The notes below the pieces were generated by a model, which was not told where the DNA came from, did no database searches, and saw nothing but the letters and a program-made list of their open reading frames with translations. Below are positions 24,578-38,319 of a stretch of DNA of 62,734 nt, in pieces; the first letter of the stretch is position 1; every line of letters begins with the position of its first letter. The translations under genes and the position numbers were made by a program. The stretch spans positions 9,950,891 to 10,013,624 of the forward strand of contig NC_057755.1 in NCBI RefSeq assembly GCF_004010195.1. Direction: 5' to 3'. This DNA is from Chiloscyllium plagiosum. Taxonomy: Eukaryota.

Positions 24578-26692
24578 TCCTCAGTATTTGCCCACCTCCA
24601 ACACACTGCATCCACCCAGACACCGTGCGCTGGCCTATTACCCGCCCTCGATCTTTTCATTTCCAACTGCCAACGGGACATTAACTGCCTCAACCTGTCT
24701 ACCCCCTCCCCCACTCCAACCTCTTACTCTCACAACGCGCAGCCCTCCAATCCCGACCTCATCATCAAGCCAGCAGATAAAGGGGGCGCAGTGGTAGTCT
24801 AGTGCACTGACCTCGACACTGCTGAAGCCAAACGCCAACTCGAGGACACCTCTTCCTCCCGCCCCCTCGACCACGACCCCACCCCCATCACCAAATCGTC
24901 ATCTCCCAGACCATACAGAACCTCATCAATTCAGGGGATCTCCCACCCACAGCTTCCAACCTCATAGTCCGGGAACCCTGCACTGCCCAGTTTTACCTCC
25001 TTTCCAAGATCCACAAGCCTGACCACCCTTGCCGACCCATTGTCTCAGCATGCTCCTGTCCCACTGAACTCATTTCTACCTACCTCGGCACCGTCCTATC
25101 CCCCCTCGTCCAGGAATTCCCCACATACGTTAGAGACATCACCCATGCCTTCCACCTCCTCAAAGACTTCCGTTTCCCTGGCCCCCAACGCCTCATCTTC
25201 ACCATGGATATTCAATCCCTCTACACCTCTATCCGCCATGACCACGGCCTCCAAGTCCCCCGTTTCTTCCTCTCCCGATGTCCCCAACAGTACCCTTCTA
25301 CCGACACTCTCATTCGTTTTGCCAAACGGGTCCTCACCCTTAACAATTTCTCCTTCGAATCCTCCCGCTTCCTCCAGACCAAAGGGGTAGCCATGGGCAC
25401 CCGTATTGGCCCCAGTCATGGCTGGCTCTTTGTTGGCTACGTAGAACAGTCGATCTTCCATCATTACACCGACACCACTCCCCACCTCTTCCTCCGCTAC
25501 ATTGATGACTGCATTTGCGCCACCTCGCGCTCTTGCATATGTTGGTGAATTCATCAACTTCACCAGCACATTCCACCCTGACCTTAAATTTACCTGGACC
25601 ATCTCTGACACCTCCCTCCCCTTCCTAGACCTCTCCATTTCCATTAATGACGACCGACTTTATTCCGACATTTTTTACAAACCCACCAACTCCCACAGCT
25701 ACCTGGATTACACCNNNNNNNNNNNNNNNNNNNNNNNNNNNNNNNNNNNNNNNNNNNNNNNNNNNNNNNNNNNNNNNNNNNNNNNNNNNNNNNNNNNNNN
25801 NNNNNNNNNNNNNNNNNNNNNNNNNNNNNNNNNNNNNNNNNNNNNNNNNNNNNNNNNNNNNNNNNNNNNNNNNNNNNNNNNNNNNNNNNNNNNNNNNNNN
25901 NNNNNNNNNNNNNNNNNNNNNNNNNNNNNNNNNNNNNNNNNNNNNNNNNNNNNNNNNNNNNNNNNNNNNNNNNNNNNNNNNNNNNNNNNNNNNNNNNNNN
26001 NNNNNNNNNNNNNNNNNNNNNNNNNNNNNNNNNNNNNNNNNNNNNNNNNNNNNNNNNNNNNNNNNNNNNNNNNNNNNNNNNNNNNNNNNNNNNNNNNNNN
26101 NNNNNNNNNNNNNNNNNNNNNNNNNNNNNNNNNNNNNNNNNNNNNNNNNNNNNNNNNNNNNNNNNNNNNNNNNNNNNNNNNNNNNNNNNNNNNNNNNNNN
26201 NNNNNNNNNNNNNNNNNNNNNNNNNNNNNNNNNNNNNNNNNNNNNNNNNNNNNNNNNNNNNNNNNNNNNNNNNNNNNNNNNNNNNNNNNNNNNNNNNNNN
26301 NNNNNNNNNNNNNNNNNNNNNNNNNNNNNNNNNNNNNNNNNNNNNNNNNNNNNNNNNNNNNNNNNNNNNNNNNNNNNNNNNNNNNNNNNNNNNNNNNNNN
26401 NNNNNNNNNNNNNNNNNNNNNNNNNNNNNNNNNNNNNNNNNNNNNNNNNNNNNNNNNNNNNNTCTTCATCCCTTCCCCCACTCACATATTGTACTCTATG
26501 CTACTTTCTCCACACCCCCACCCTCCTCTCACTTATCTCTCCACGCTTCAGGCTCTCTGCCTGTATTCCTGATGAAGGGCTTTTGCCCAAAACGTCGATT
26601 TTACTGCCCCTCGGACGCTGCCTGAACCGCTGTGCTCTTCCAGCACCACTAATCCAGAATCTGGTTTCCAGCATCTGCAGTCATTGTTTTTA
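24578..26692 (+). mobile_element. Penelope-like retroelement (RT plus terminal pLTR), spanning the gap 25715-26462
   Basis: IIKPADKGGAVVV, MDIQSLYTSI, QTKGVAMGT, FLRYIDD and FLDL motifs. The 3' pLTR contains ctgatgaagggcttttgcccaaaacgtc. Confidence 0.9.
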
Positions 26693-27924
26693 CCCATTTC
26701 CCATTACCAATCCATCTAACTTGCATATCATTTGGAATTCCACGGACACACAGGGAGAAACTCTGTTCTGCACGTACAGTCACCTGACGATGCAATCAAA
26801 CCCGGGTCCCCAGTGGCGTACGGAAGCAGTGCTGCCACTATGCCACCGTACTACTCAAGTGCCCACAGTAACATTAAAAAAGCTTGCATAATATACAGTA
26901 TTATGGTCACGCCCAGAATCCCTGAAAATATTTTAAGAATATAGCCTAGACACTGAAAGTCTTTTTTATCTTACATTCAAGTGCCAGACAAAGCATTCTA
27001 GATGCAAATTGATTGCTCAAACTGTCAGATTTGAAGAAAATAAAAAGAACAGACTTCATTCATACACTGCTGTGAAAATCCATCAAATCAAGAAACGGAA
27101 TATGTTAACTCATTTGGGAAAACTTAACAGAATAATAGATTATTAGCGACTAACCGTATCTGTTCCAACATTGTAACATCCCATAAGCATATCATTCACA
27201 CAGGCAAATTCAGTAAAATAGATCATCTCACGACAATTCTCCAATAAAGAGAAGATACAGCAAGAAAAGCTCAGAGATGGAGTAGAAGGGAAAGCTGCAC
27301 TGCAGCTTCCAAAGTACAGCTAGAACACTCCTGCAGCACCCTTGACAGAGAGGAACTGAAAGTAAGAAGTCTCCTTCTGTGACAGTGTGACACTATCCGT
27401 CCAGGTTGTTTCAATATTTCCAATTTCAAAACAAAGGAAGGCCTCACAAGCTGTTACCCCATTGGGTTAACGTAGAAAGCTCTTCATGTCAATCTTAATG
27501 CCTTCAAAAAAGGACAAATTGCATCCCTTGAAGAACACGCATTGTCATACGTCTCCGCTTTAAAAACTGAACCTTCAGTATAAAAAAAGGCTTGATTTTT
27601 AAAAGCCTTTAGTCTTACATGACAATGCATATACAGTACATCGACTCAAACAGTCAATATCTCAGTCCATTTCCTGACCTTTTCTGCCTTTATCAAAGTC
27701 TAGACAAGCAAATATGTTCTCTTGTCCTGCCAGGTGTATGTTTTGCAAATTGAATGGCTGAAATTATAGACTCCATCACTGCAGTGCTGCATTTTTAGCT
27801 TTAATATTTAAAAAAAAATCTTTGAGAGGTTATGTTTGGTGTGTACAGTTATCTCAGACACATTACTTGCAATATAAACATTGAAATGTCGCAACGCCAA
27901 CACAATGCTCAAGGTTTTAATGCA

Positions 27925-30600
27925 AAACAGGAGGGGGCGTAGCATTGCTAATCAGAGAGTGCATCACAGCTATAGAAACGAAGGTTGCTGAGGAAGGTTT
28001 GTGTACTGAGTCAGTGTGGGTGGCAGTTAGGAACAGCAAGGGAACAGCCACAGCATTGGGGGTTCTCTACAAACAACCTAATAGCAGTACAGAGATTGAA
28101 GATCTCATAGGCGGGCAGATTGTGGAAATATGCAAAAGAAACAGGGTTGTTATTAAGAGTGACTTCAACTTTCCTAATATCGACTGGAACGTCCTAAGTG
28201 TAGATGGTTTGGATGGAGCCAATTATGTCAGGTGTGTTCAGGAGGGTTTCCTTACTCAGTATGTCGACAGACCGACGAGGGGTGAGGCCATTTTGGATTT
28301 GGTGCTCGCCAACAAGCCAGGACAGGTATCAGATCTCGCGGTGGGAGACCACTTTGGTAAAAATAATCACAACTGCCGCACATTTAGCATAGCCTTGGAA
28401 AGTGAAAGGAACAATTACCGAGGGAAGATATTTAACTGGGGAATAGGAAATTATGACGGTATCAGACAGGAGTTGGGAAGTACATACTGGGAGCAATTGT
28501 TCCACAGAAAGGGCACAGCAGACATGTGGAGACTATTTAAGGAGCAGTTGTTGCGAGTGATGCAATTTGTTCCTCTGAGACAGGTAAGAAGGAGTAAGAT
28601 TACGGAACCTTGGATGACGAGAACAGAGGACTTTTCTTCAAAAGGAAGAAGGCAGGTTCTGTAAGGTGGAAGAAGCAAGGATCTAGCACAGCTTAAGAAA
28701 ATTACAGGCTTGCTAGAAAGGAGCTCAGAAATGGACTGAGGAGCGCCAGGATGGGGCACGATAAAGTTTTGGCAAGAAGGATTAGGGAGAAACCAAAGGC
28801 GTTTTACTCATACGTGAAGAATAAGAGAATGATCAAGGAGAAGGTAGGGCCGATCAAGGAGAAGGTAGCGGAGGGAACTTGTGCGTGGAGTCTGAGCAGA
28901 CAGGGGAAGCCGTAAATGAGTTTTTTGCTTCGGTTTTCACAATGGAAAAGGAACTTTATATAAATGAAAACTTCGAGGAACTGGAATACAGTCTTGACCA
29001 CATCTAGATTGATAAAGTTGATGTGCTAGATATTTTTGAAAACATTAAGGTTGATAAGTTCCTAGGGCCAGACCACATTTATTCTAGGCTTTTTCGGGAA
29101 GCGGGAAAGGAGGTTGTGAAGCCGCTAGCGAGTATATTTGCCTTTAAACTCTCCATGGGTGTTGTACTGGAGGATTGGAAAGAGGCGAATGTTGTTCCTC
29201 TTTTCAAGAAGGAGATCTCTGGCAATTACAGATCAGTCAGTCTTACGTCTGTGGTCAGCAATGTTTTGGAAAGAATTCTGAGGGATAGGATTTATGACTA
29301 TTTGGCAAAGCATAGTGTGATTAAAGGCAGTCAGCATGGCTTTGTCAGGGGCAGGTCATGCCTCACAAATTTTATTGAGATCTTTGAGGAGATGTCAAGA
29401 CAGGTCGACGACGGTCGAGCAGTGGATGTGGTGTATGTGGACTTCAGCAAGGCATTTGATAGGTTTCCCTATGGTAGGCTCATTAATAAAGTCAGGAAGT
29501 ATGGGATACGGGGAGACTTGGCTATCTGGATTCAGAATTGGCTGGCTGACAGAAGACAGAGTGCGTTTGTAGATGGAAAGTATTCTGCCTGGAGGACAGT
29601 GTTGAGTGGGGTACTGCATGGATCTGTACTTGGGCCTCTGCTCTTTGTAGTTTTCATAAATGACTTGGATGAGGAAATTGAAATGTGGGTTAGTAAATTT
29701 TCAGATGACACAAAGGTTGTAGATGTCGTCGATAGCATAGAGGGCTATTGCAGGCTGCAGCGCGACATAGATATGATTTAGAGCTGGGCTGAGAAATGGC
29801 AGATGGAGTTCAACCTGAATAAACGCAAAGTGTTGCATTTTGGAAGGTGAAACTCGAATGCTGAATATAGGATTAAAGACAGGATTCTTGGCAGTGTGGA
29901 GGAATAGAGGGATCTGAGTGTGCAAGTACATAGATGCCACAAAGTTGCCAACCAAGTGGATAGGTTTGTTAAGAAAGCATATGGTGTTTTGGCATTCATC
30001 AACAAAGGGATAGAGTTTAAGAACCGAGAGGTTTTACTTCAGCTCTACTTGGTGAGACCACACTTGGAATATTGTGTCCAGTTCTGGTCGTCCAACTATA
30101 CAAAAGATACAGTGGCTTTGGAGCGGGTGCAAAGAAGGTTTACCAGGATGCTGCCTAGACTGGAGGGCTTGCCCCATGATCAAAGGTTGAATGGGTCGGA
30201 CTTTTCACGCTGGAGAGAAGGAGGAAGAGAGGAGACCTGATCGAGCTGTACAAAATAATGAGAGAAATAGATAGAGTCAATAGCTAGAGACTTTTCCCCA
30301 GGGCATGATTGACTGGTACGAGAAGTCATAGTTTGAAGATATTAGGAGGAAGGTATAAAGGAGACGTCAGAGGTAGGTTTTCGACATAGTGAGTTGTGAA
30401 TGCATGGAATGCATTGCCAGTGGTGGTGGTGGATGCAGATTCATTGGGGACATTTAAGCGACTGTTGGATATGCACACGGATAGCAGTGAGTTGAGGGGT
30501 GCGTAGGTTGTTACTATATTTTACATTAGGATTAAATCTCAGCACAACATCGTGGGCCAAAGGGCCTGTTCTGTGCTTTACTTTTCTATGTTCTATGTTC
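27925..30600 (+). mobile_element. CR1 LINE, 5'-truncated ORF2 (APE endonuclease plus RT) with stops and frameshifts
   Basis: SDFNFPNIDW, RPTRGEAILDLVL, QHGFVRGRSCLTN, DFSKAFD, GSVLGPLLF, KFSDDTK, LVRPHLEYCVQFWS motifs and a (ttctatg)n tail. Confidence 0.95.
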
Positions 30601-31069
30601 GATGCATTTTTTTGCAAGCATGCAATAACTTCTGTTCTGTTTGTTGATTATTCAGGACAAAATACTCAGTTGATCTTTCAATCTTCTCATTGTCTTCGTG
30701 CAAGAATATCACACCTACAGCCACGTCACTTGCATCATAGCCACCTTGAATAGTTTTGTGTAATTAGGGTTGGTTTATACTTGGGCAGTGGTTAATTCAT
30801 TTGAAGGCTGTCAAATGCCTCTGACTTTCTTCTATCCATCTTCTGCACTCCTTCAAAAAAGTCAGTCAGTCGAAACACCAAATTGTTAAAAAAAATACAA
30901 GATTGAAGCAAAACCACCTCAAACCCAGGAATCGTTGGTCATCCCTCTTCGTCAAGGTTATGCAAAACTTCCGAATAAACTTTGATTTAAATACTGAGGA
31001 GGTATCTCTCCTTGTACAATTCCATGGCCCAGAAATGTGACTTAGGCTTTTTTGAATTCATTGTTTTGT

Positions 31070-31360
31070 TATATTAGATTCCCTACAGTGAGGAAACAGG
31101 TCCTTCGGCCCAACTAGACCACACCGGCCCTCTGAAAAGTAACCCACCCAGACCCATTTCCCTTTGAATAATTCACCTAACACTATGGGCAATACAGCAA
31201 GGCCAATTCATCTAACCTGCACATCTTTGGACAGTGAGAGGAAACCGGGAGCACCCGGAGGAAACCCACGCAGACACGGGGGGAGAATGCGCAAACAGTC
31301 ACCCGAGGCTGGGATCGAACCTGTGACCCTAGTGCTAACCATTGAGCCACCGTACCGCCC
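31070..31360 (-). mobile_element. V-SINE (HE1-like)
   Basis: Similar to 56972-57276. Confidence 0.85.
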
Positions 31361-33019
31361 AATAGCAATGCTTATCACCAAGCACACCTCGCAACCTTCA
31401 TAATTCTGTTCGATGCTGCAAATATTCCTTCCTCGTGTGACTAAAAAAATCACCAGATCATCAATGAATGCAATATATTTGAATCATCCTGAACTGGCTT
31501 CATTGGTTAGTCTTTGAAATGAGGTTGGTGCATTTTTCATACCAAATAGCATCACTTTCAATTAGTACAATCTATTCATTGTCAGAAAAGCCGACATTTC
31601 CTTCTCCTCTTCAAATAAATATATCGGCCAGTATTCTCTGAACAAATTCAATTTGGAAATATCAATTGCTTGCTCCACCTTCTCAATACAGTCTTCTGAA
31701 CGTGGAATAGGATATGACCAGAATTTGCAACAGCACCGATTTTGTGATAGTCTACACATAATGGTTACGTCCAATCTGGTGTTGGTGCAGTTACTGTGGA
31801 GGAGCTGCAACTCAATTCGACTCCATTGCCTTGGAACATGCGTTCAATTTCTCTTTGAACCTGTGCAAACTTCAAATGGTTAAGGAATTTGCTTCCTTAG
31901 AACAGCATTTTCTCCATCTCTATCATACACGATTGCACTAGTATGTCCCAGCTTTTTCCACTTAGTTCCCTATCTGGAGTTCCCTAACTATTTCAGGTCG
32001 TTTTGATTTTCTTCTGAGGGTAAATCAAAAATGTATCGCATTTGTTGAGGACTTCGTCATTGCTGATTTTAATTTGATGATTTCCAAATTCAGAATCCTC
32101 TGAACTTGATTCTTCATTCTGAGTTCTGACGAGTACCATGTTATCCTTTTGCTTTCCTTGCCGATCAAATTCACTTGTGAATATATACACACTCTAAGAC
32201 ATTCCTTTCAAATTGGAATTATAATTAAATAACTGACCTCACTCATTTTCCTTTCAATTTCATAACGTCACTTGGATTCGTTTTCAAAGTTCTCTGAACA
32301 TTGCTAATAAAACTAAAACTTTATCTGCACTAACAAATCGTGATTTTTTTTTTATTTGTTGTAACCTTCCAATTTCATAATATTGCTGTGCTACTTTCAA
32401 ATGTTGTCTAGCTAACTCACTCACTCGATATTGTAGATGCATCCATTTTTTGCAACAAATCCTAATTCCCACTTATAGGTTTAGGTACAGATCGTACACA
32501 ACCATTTCGGACCTTTGTAAATCCTTCCTGAAATAGCTATGAAGAGTGTTGGTTTTATGAGAGCCTGAAGTTTTCTAATTACCTTCCAGGTAACATAAGT
32601 CCAGATTCTTCAACCACATCTTTATGCGCTCCTGATGAACGAAATTGTGTTTTCATTTTGGCTTGAGGTTTCCTTACTCCCAACTGATAACGGTAATTTA
32701 AGTACCACCTACAACATTGCATTTCTATAAGCTGCTCATATTACAACTTGATGAACTTATGCTCATTTTTTTGCTGCCTGAATATGTGATGGCCTACATT
32801 TCCTCACCAAGATGACATTTTTATTACAGTGACATCCTGGGGCAGTGTCAGATTCTCTTCTGTGAAAGTTGTTTGATAAAGCTGTTTTGGTTATTCATCT
32901 TTCCATTGCAATTCAGCTAGTTTCTCCGCACTAATAATATGCTCGCACCACTCTTATATCTTGCTCAACCATTTGATCTTTACTGATAGCATTTACAAGG
33001 CAAGTTTGGGTGTATATTA

Positions 33020-33650
33020 TTAATAGACCAGGTCAGACCACTCAAAACATTTCAAGCACGTAGCACAACTATGCTGTGCTACGTGCTTTGAGCAGCTTAA
33101 AAGTGGATATTCCAAGAGATAGTCAGCTGGCAAAACAGCCTAGTTTCAAACAAAACAAAAAATATTTTCAAGCTTGCTGAATGAAACACAAAGTACAGAA
33201 AACAGAATACCAAATAACATATCTTACTCAAAAACCCAACAGACTATTCCAACTTAATGATGCTGTCCGAAATGCTTGCGTCAATCATCATGCACACCTT
33301 TCGACACAGAAGGAAAAATCAAACAAATTCTTCCATGATAGAATGCAGAAGGGTAGCCTGGAACTGCTTCTGGGCCTAGCAGCTTTTCCACATTACTCTT
33401 ACAAAAAAACAGAGGAAAGCTAAGCTGGGAGAACTGACCACTCTCTTTATATTGTACGAGTGTGCATTTTTAAAACAAAACTTGAAAGCCTCTGACTGAG
33501 GCAGTATCTGTTAGCTATTATCAAATTGGCCCAAAAACCTTTGTCCCAAAAAGCAGACTTTTCAGAGTCTGTGTTGTTTACGCCCTCTCTGTCCAAAAAA
33601 ATCAAAGGACTGCATGGCGTTTTTAAAGAAACAGCCTCGTGTTTCAGAGG
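33020..33650. mobile_element. Solo LTR related to the 17732 LTR
   Basis: Begins tagaccaggtcagaccactcaaaacattt, similar to 17735-17765. Confidence 0.6.
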
Positions 33651-35284
33651 GATATGCAAACAATTCTGTCAAATAGGCCTAAATTTTTCTCGGATATTTG
33701 GTCGGCATGGAACAGTCTGTTTCCATGCTGTGTATGCCTATGACTCTTTGACTGTAAATAGAGTCTCTAATAATTGAGCAGCTATTTCTTTTCCATTATT
33801 ATTTGATTTCTCATTATGTTTGCAACTGTAGCATTTTCATCTTGATGACTCATAATTAAAAGAAATTCCAGGATATACCCACTGTAACATTACACTTTCC
33901 TGTTTATCCACTGGCTTTTCAATCACAGCATGCATTTCTACCACCTGTGATCTAGGTGCATCAGTGCCACGAATAACTGCTGTCTTTGAAACTGGGAATT
34001 ACTTAATTATTTCAACCATCACTTCACCACGTTTCACCAGACTCTCAACTCTCACTTTAAATCAAAGATCACTGCTTTTCTCACAAGTTATTTCATATTT
34101 TACCACTGCTTTTCTGCTTCTTCAGTATTGCAACCACATCTATCTTCATCAAAGGTTGATATTCTCCTTTGTCTTTTTGAATGTTCATTTCTATATCTGC
34201 TCTGGCATACAAGCATAAATGTTACCCTCAAACGTATGCTTATTAAAGATACCTGGCACTTTGTTCTCAACAAACTTTTGATCAGGTTTTATGTTCTTTT
34301 GCAGATTATTAACTTCTACTGTTCTGCAACAATTCAACAAATCTCACTGGCTTATCCTATTTTCATACATCGATCTTCCCAATGCGTTTTCTTCGCCGTC
34401 AACAGTACGAATTCACACTGCCTACTTCATTTCGGAGAAAGAAAAATGATATTTTTAACTTCTCTTCCCCTCATCATGGTCTTCCTCTTTACCTTGTGGT
34501 TTAATATATTCATTGAGATCACTTTTCCCTAACCATCTAAGAATTTCTGTTTTCTTTACCTCTATTCCCAACAGATTGAAATTGATGTTAGAAGACAAAC
34601 TTAGATATACAACTCAAATTATAATCATTTGACATTTACACAGAGAATACTGCAGACTTAACTCTCTGCTCTTGAACATGGGAAAAATGACCTGTTCTGT
34701 GCTGTACTATTTAAGTTCTCAGTACTTCAGGAAATGAATTTTAAGAAACCTCCAAAATACTCATGTTTTCCAAATGTATTTGAGAGCATTATATGTTTAA
34801 TTGATGTTCAACTATGCCCTTTCTACAGGTCAAAACTGTGTCGTTTGATCCTTTCAAACTCTCTGCACTTTTTGGCCAGAATTGCTCCTTCGATTACGAA
34901 AACGTTGTCTATAGGTTTATGATACCAGATCATTTTTTTTTTCACTTCAAGAATACTATCCAGCTACTTCCTTTGATAGTGATGCAAATATCTGACTAGC
35001 TGTAAATTTTGCTTGGATCGTCAAAGCCATTTGTTTACCAAATAGTTCATTCGTTTACCCGATTCCTCAAATGAAGCGAAAAATGATTTCTACGTCTTTC
35101 TCGTTAAACTTAGGCAACGCTTGTATATATTTAAACATAGACTTTGGCTATGATGGGATTGCTCACTGTCATTGTCCTCATCAGTACTCTGACATTTTAA
35201 TTCTATGTCTAGCATTTCAAGCATCTTTGAGTTTGCAATTCCAATCCAGTTCTACAATTGAAGACCATTTCGTGTACACCGACT

Positions 35285-37530
35285 GGTGTGTGTGTGTGTG
35301 TGTGTGTGTGTTCAGAGATGTGGCAGCTGATGTTGATTCCATCAACTTAGAGGACTACACACAATCGTTGCTTTGTTACATCAGCCAATGTACTGACAAC
35401 GTCACTGTGTCCAAGGACATCTCTTCTTGCCTCAACCAGAAGCCGTTGGTGACCACAAATTCGTGTGCCCTGCTGAGGACCCGTGATTCCAGCATTAAGA
35501 GCAGATGACAAGGCGGCTCTAACAACAGACAGGGCAAACCTAACCTCTGCCATCAAAGGCAAGACATGCACATGCACAGAAAATACACGGCCATTTTCAG
35601 GACAATGGCAATTCATAGAGCATGAGGAAGGGCAAAAACGGAACAGTGTTGCCTGCTTGTTCTGGTGATTCCCCTCTTCCGGATGAGTTGAACAACTTCA
35701 ATGCATGGTTTGAGGCACAAAATGATATGTCAGTAAGGAATTCCAACACTCATCCCAATGACCAGGTTCTGTTTCTTTCCACAGCCAACGTGAGAAAAGC
35801 CCTATGGAGAGTCAACCTATGTAAAACTGTTGGACTAGAGTACTCAGAGGGTTCTCTAATGTACAGGCGGATGTTCACATGAACATCTTCATCATTTCCC
35901 TGAGCTGCACCATTATTCCAATATGTGTCAAGAACACGACCATCATCTCCGTGCTGAAGAAATCTTCAGCATACTCTCTTAATGACTACTACCCCATTGC
36001 GCTAACACCCACCATCGTAAGTGATTTGAACGACTCGTGATGAGGCATATTCAGACCCTGATGCTCCCCTTACTAGATTAGTGCAAGAAATTTTAGATAT
36101 GTGTGAACACAGCCCGGTCAACCACACAAACCGGCCTTCTATTCATTGACTCCCTCTATGCTTCATACTGCCTCTGGCGAGAAGCAAACATAATCATAGA
36201 CCCCCTTCCACACGATTATAATTTCTTCCATCCTCTCCCCTTACTTTGCAGTTTGTATATAGTCCCTAACGCTCAACAAATGATGCAATTTCCACCACAC
36301 CCCCGGGCTGTCACTCACCTGCAGAATGATACGTATATCAGATTACTGTTCATAGACTTCAGTTCTGTTTTTATTACTACCATTCCACAGCAGCTGATTA
36401 GAAAGCTGAGTCTACTTGGCCTAAATTACTCCTTTGTAACTGGATCCTGGACTTCCTGACTGACAGACTTCAATCAGTTCAGATTAGGAACAGCATCTCC
36501 AACACGATCACACAGAGCAAGGCGGGTACCCAGTGTTATGTGCTCACTCCACTACTGTTGACCCTGCTGACACACGATAGAGAAGTGGTGCACAGGTCGA
36601 AGCAATTCATCGAGTTTGCTGATGACACCACTAGTGGGTCTCATCAGCAGGAACGAGGTGTCAGTATAGAGAGAAGAAGAGCAGCGGCTAGTAGACTGAT
36701 GATGAGCCAACAACCTGTCTCTGAACGTGGACAAAACGAAAGAGATGGTTGTTGACTTCAGGAGGCCCTGAAACAACCACGGTTCACTGGACATTGACGG
36801 CTCCCCCGTGGAGATTGTGAACAACGCCAAACGTTTTGGCGTCCATCTTGTGGCGTCCATCTTGTGGCGTCCATCCTGGTTCCTGACCACCAGCTCCATA
36901 GCCAAGAATGTCCAGTAGCATCTTTGCCTTTTGTGTACACTGAAGAATGTTCATTTTCCACCCCCTCATCCTAACCCAATCCATACAGTGTTCACTGAGA
37001 GTACCCTGAGCTGCTGTATCACTGCTTGGTTCGGGAATTGCACCGTCCCGCATTTTAAGACCCTAACACGGATTGTGAAGACTGCTGAGAAGAGGACATC
37101 GGGGTCTCTCCCCAACCATTACAGACATTAACAATACGCATTACATCTGAATGGCTAAGGGCATTGTCGAAGACCTCACACACCACTCACTGAAACTCAC
37201 AGAAAATGCCAGAGCATTCGGTCTTTCACGGCCAGACTGCAACAGTTTATTCCCCCAAGTCATTAGGGTCCTTAACACTGTATGATCGGACTCTTTTCGA
37301 CATGAAATTCTTTGCAGGACTTCTAATTGCTGCTAGAGAAATGTCTATTAATTATCATTCTTTAATTACACTGTAATTTACATGTTTTACACTTCTTATG
37401 CACTTTATGCCGCCATTTTTTTAGTTTGTGTTGTTTATGCTGTCCGTGTAGCACCTTAGTCCTGGAGCAACGCAGTTATTTTTTACTGCATCACTTGTAT
37501 ATGGTAGAAATGACAAATAAAAGCTACTCT
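35285..37530 (+). mobile_element. Rex1/Babar-type LINE, decayed
   Basis: [56 protein letters not shown] and ESTLSCCITAWFGNC motifs, with a 3' aataaa tail. Confidence 0.85.
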
Positions 37531-38319
37531 CTACATTACTCGGCCAATGACATTCAAAATCATACTCTTTCTTCCTTTCTGCTCTCTCTTTCACTCGTTT
37601 TTCTGTACGGGTATCCTTTTCCTTGCCCTCTCCCTCTGCTTTTAATCGCAATTCAACTGTTCCATTTCTTTTTCTTTTTCTTATTATTCTGGCAGGGTTC
37701 TTATTTCTTTTTCTGTTTCCCTTCTTTCTACCTCTATTTCATGCTGCCTCATTTGCAATTGGATTCAAGCCATTTCCAAAGATTCAGATGAATTCCTGGC
37801 TATTGTAAATACGACACCATTGCTACAATTATCTCCTCTTTCTTCACACACACACCTGCATCTTGTTTGCCAATTCAAAAAGCTTTGCTCTTGCTCGCTT
37901 TCTGTAAGACACCAAAGTTGTGTCTTCCTTTCCCAGGAAATGCTTAATGAATGAAAGAACTATTTAAAAACATGGGACACCTTATTTAAACCAATTGAAT
38001 TTAACACCAGAAACAAAAAAAAAACACTCAGTGCTCACTTCCTTTGAGTTGACAATTCGAAACCAAACCAAGAATGCAACTCCCTGACATATGATCCCAA
38101 TTTGTTATGGTCCCGATGAAACATCCTCAAAATTTATTAAGAAGATAACCTCAATCGCAACTCTTTTTTAAATTTAAAGGCAAGTGCCAGGTGTTGCATT
38201 TATTACAGTTATTTATTTTATTGAAATCAAGTTGTCAACTTCTCACACATCCCTTAAAGCCTCTTTGAAATAAAAAAATAACCAAATGCATCTCTTACAG
38301 CCATAGTGCAGTCACAACA

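Larger units (their letters stand above)
31360..38310 (-). mobile_element. Second Gmr1-like LTR element, heavily decayed, with nested solo LTR and Rex1 LINE
   Basis: Minus-strand order: LTR fragment (38103-38310) with adjacent PBS-like TTGGGATC, gag (37970-37540 and 35200-34540), integrase (32950-32280), RT with MLFGMKNAPTSFQRL and YIAFIDDLV (31900-31360). Confidence 0.75.

Noticed and set aside
26567..26600. Active hammerhead in the 24.6-26.7 kb Penelope pLTR
   Set aside because: The GAAA core box reads AAAA and stem I pairs poorly, so it is probably inactive. The 17.3-kb fragment lacks CUGA.
25502..26891. Long ORFs (257-414 aa) across the gap
   Set aside because: Mostly X residues from Ns. 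The real coding part is Penelope RT.
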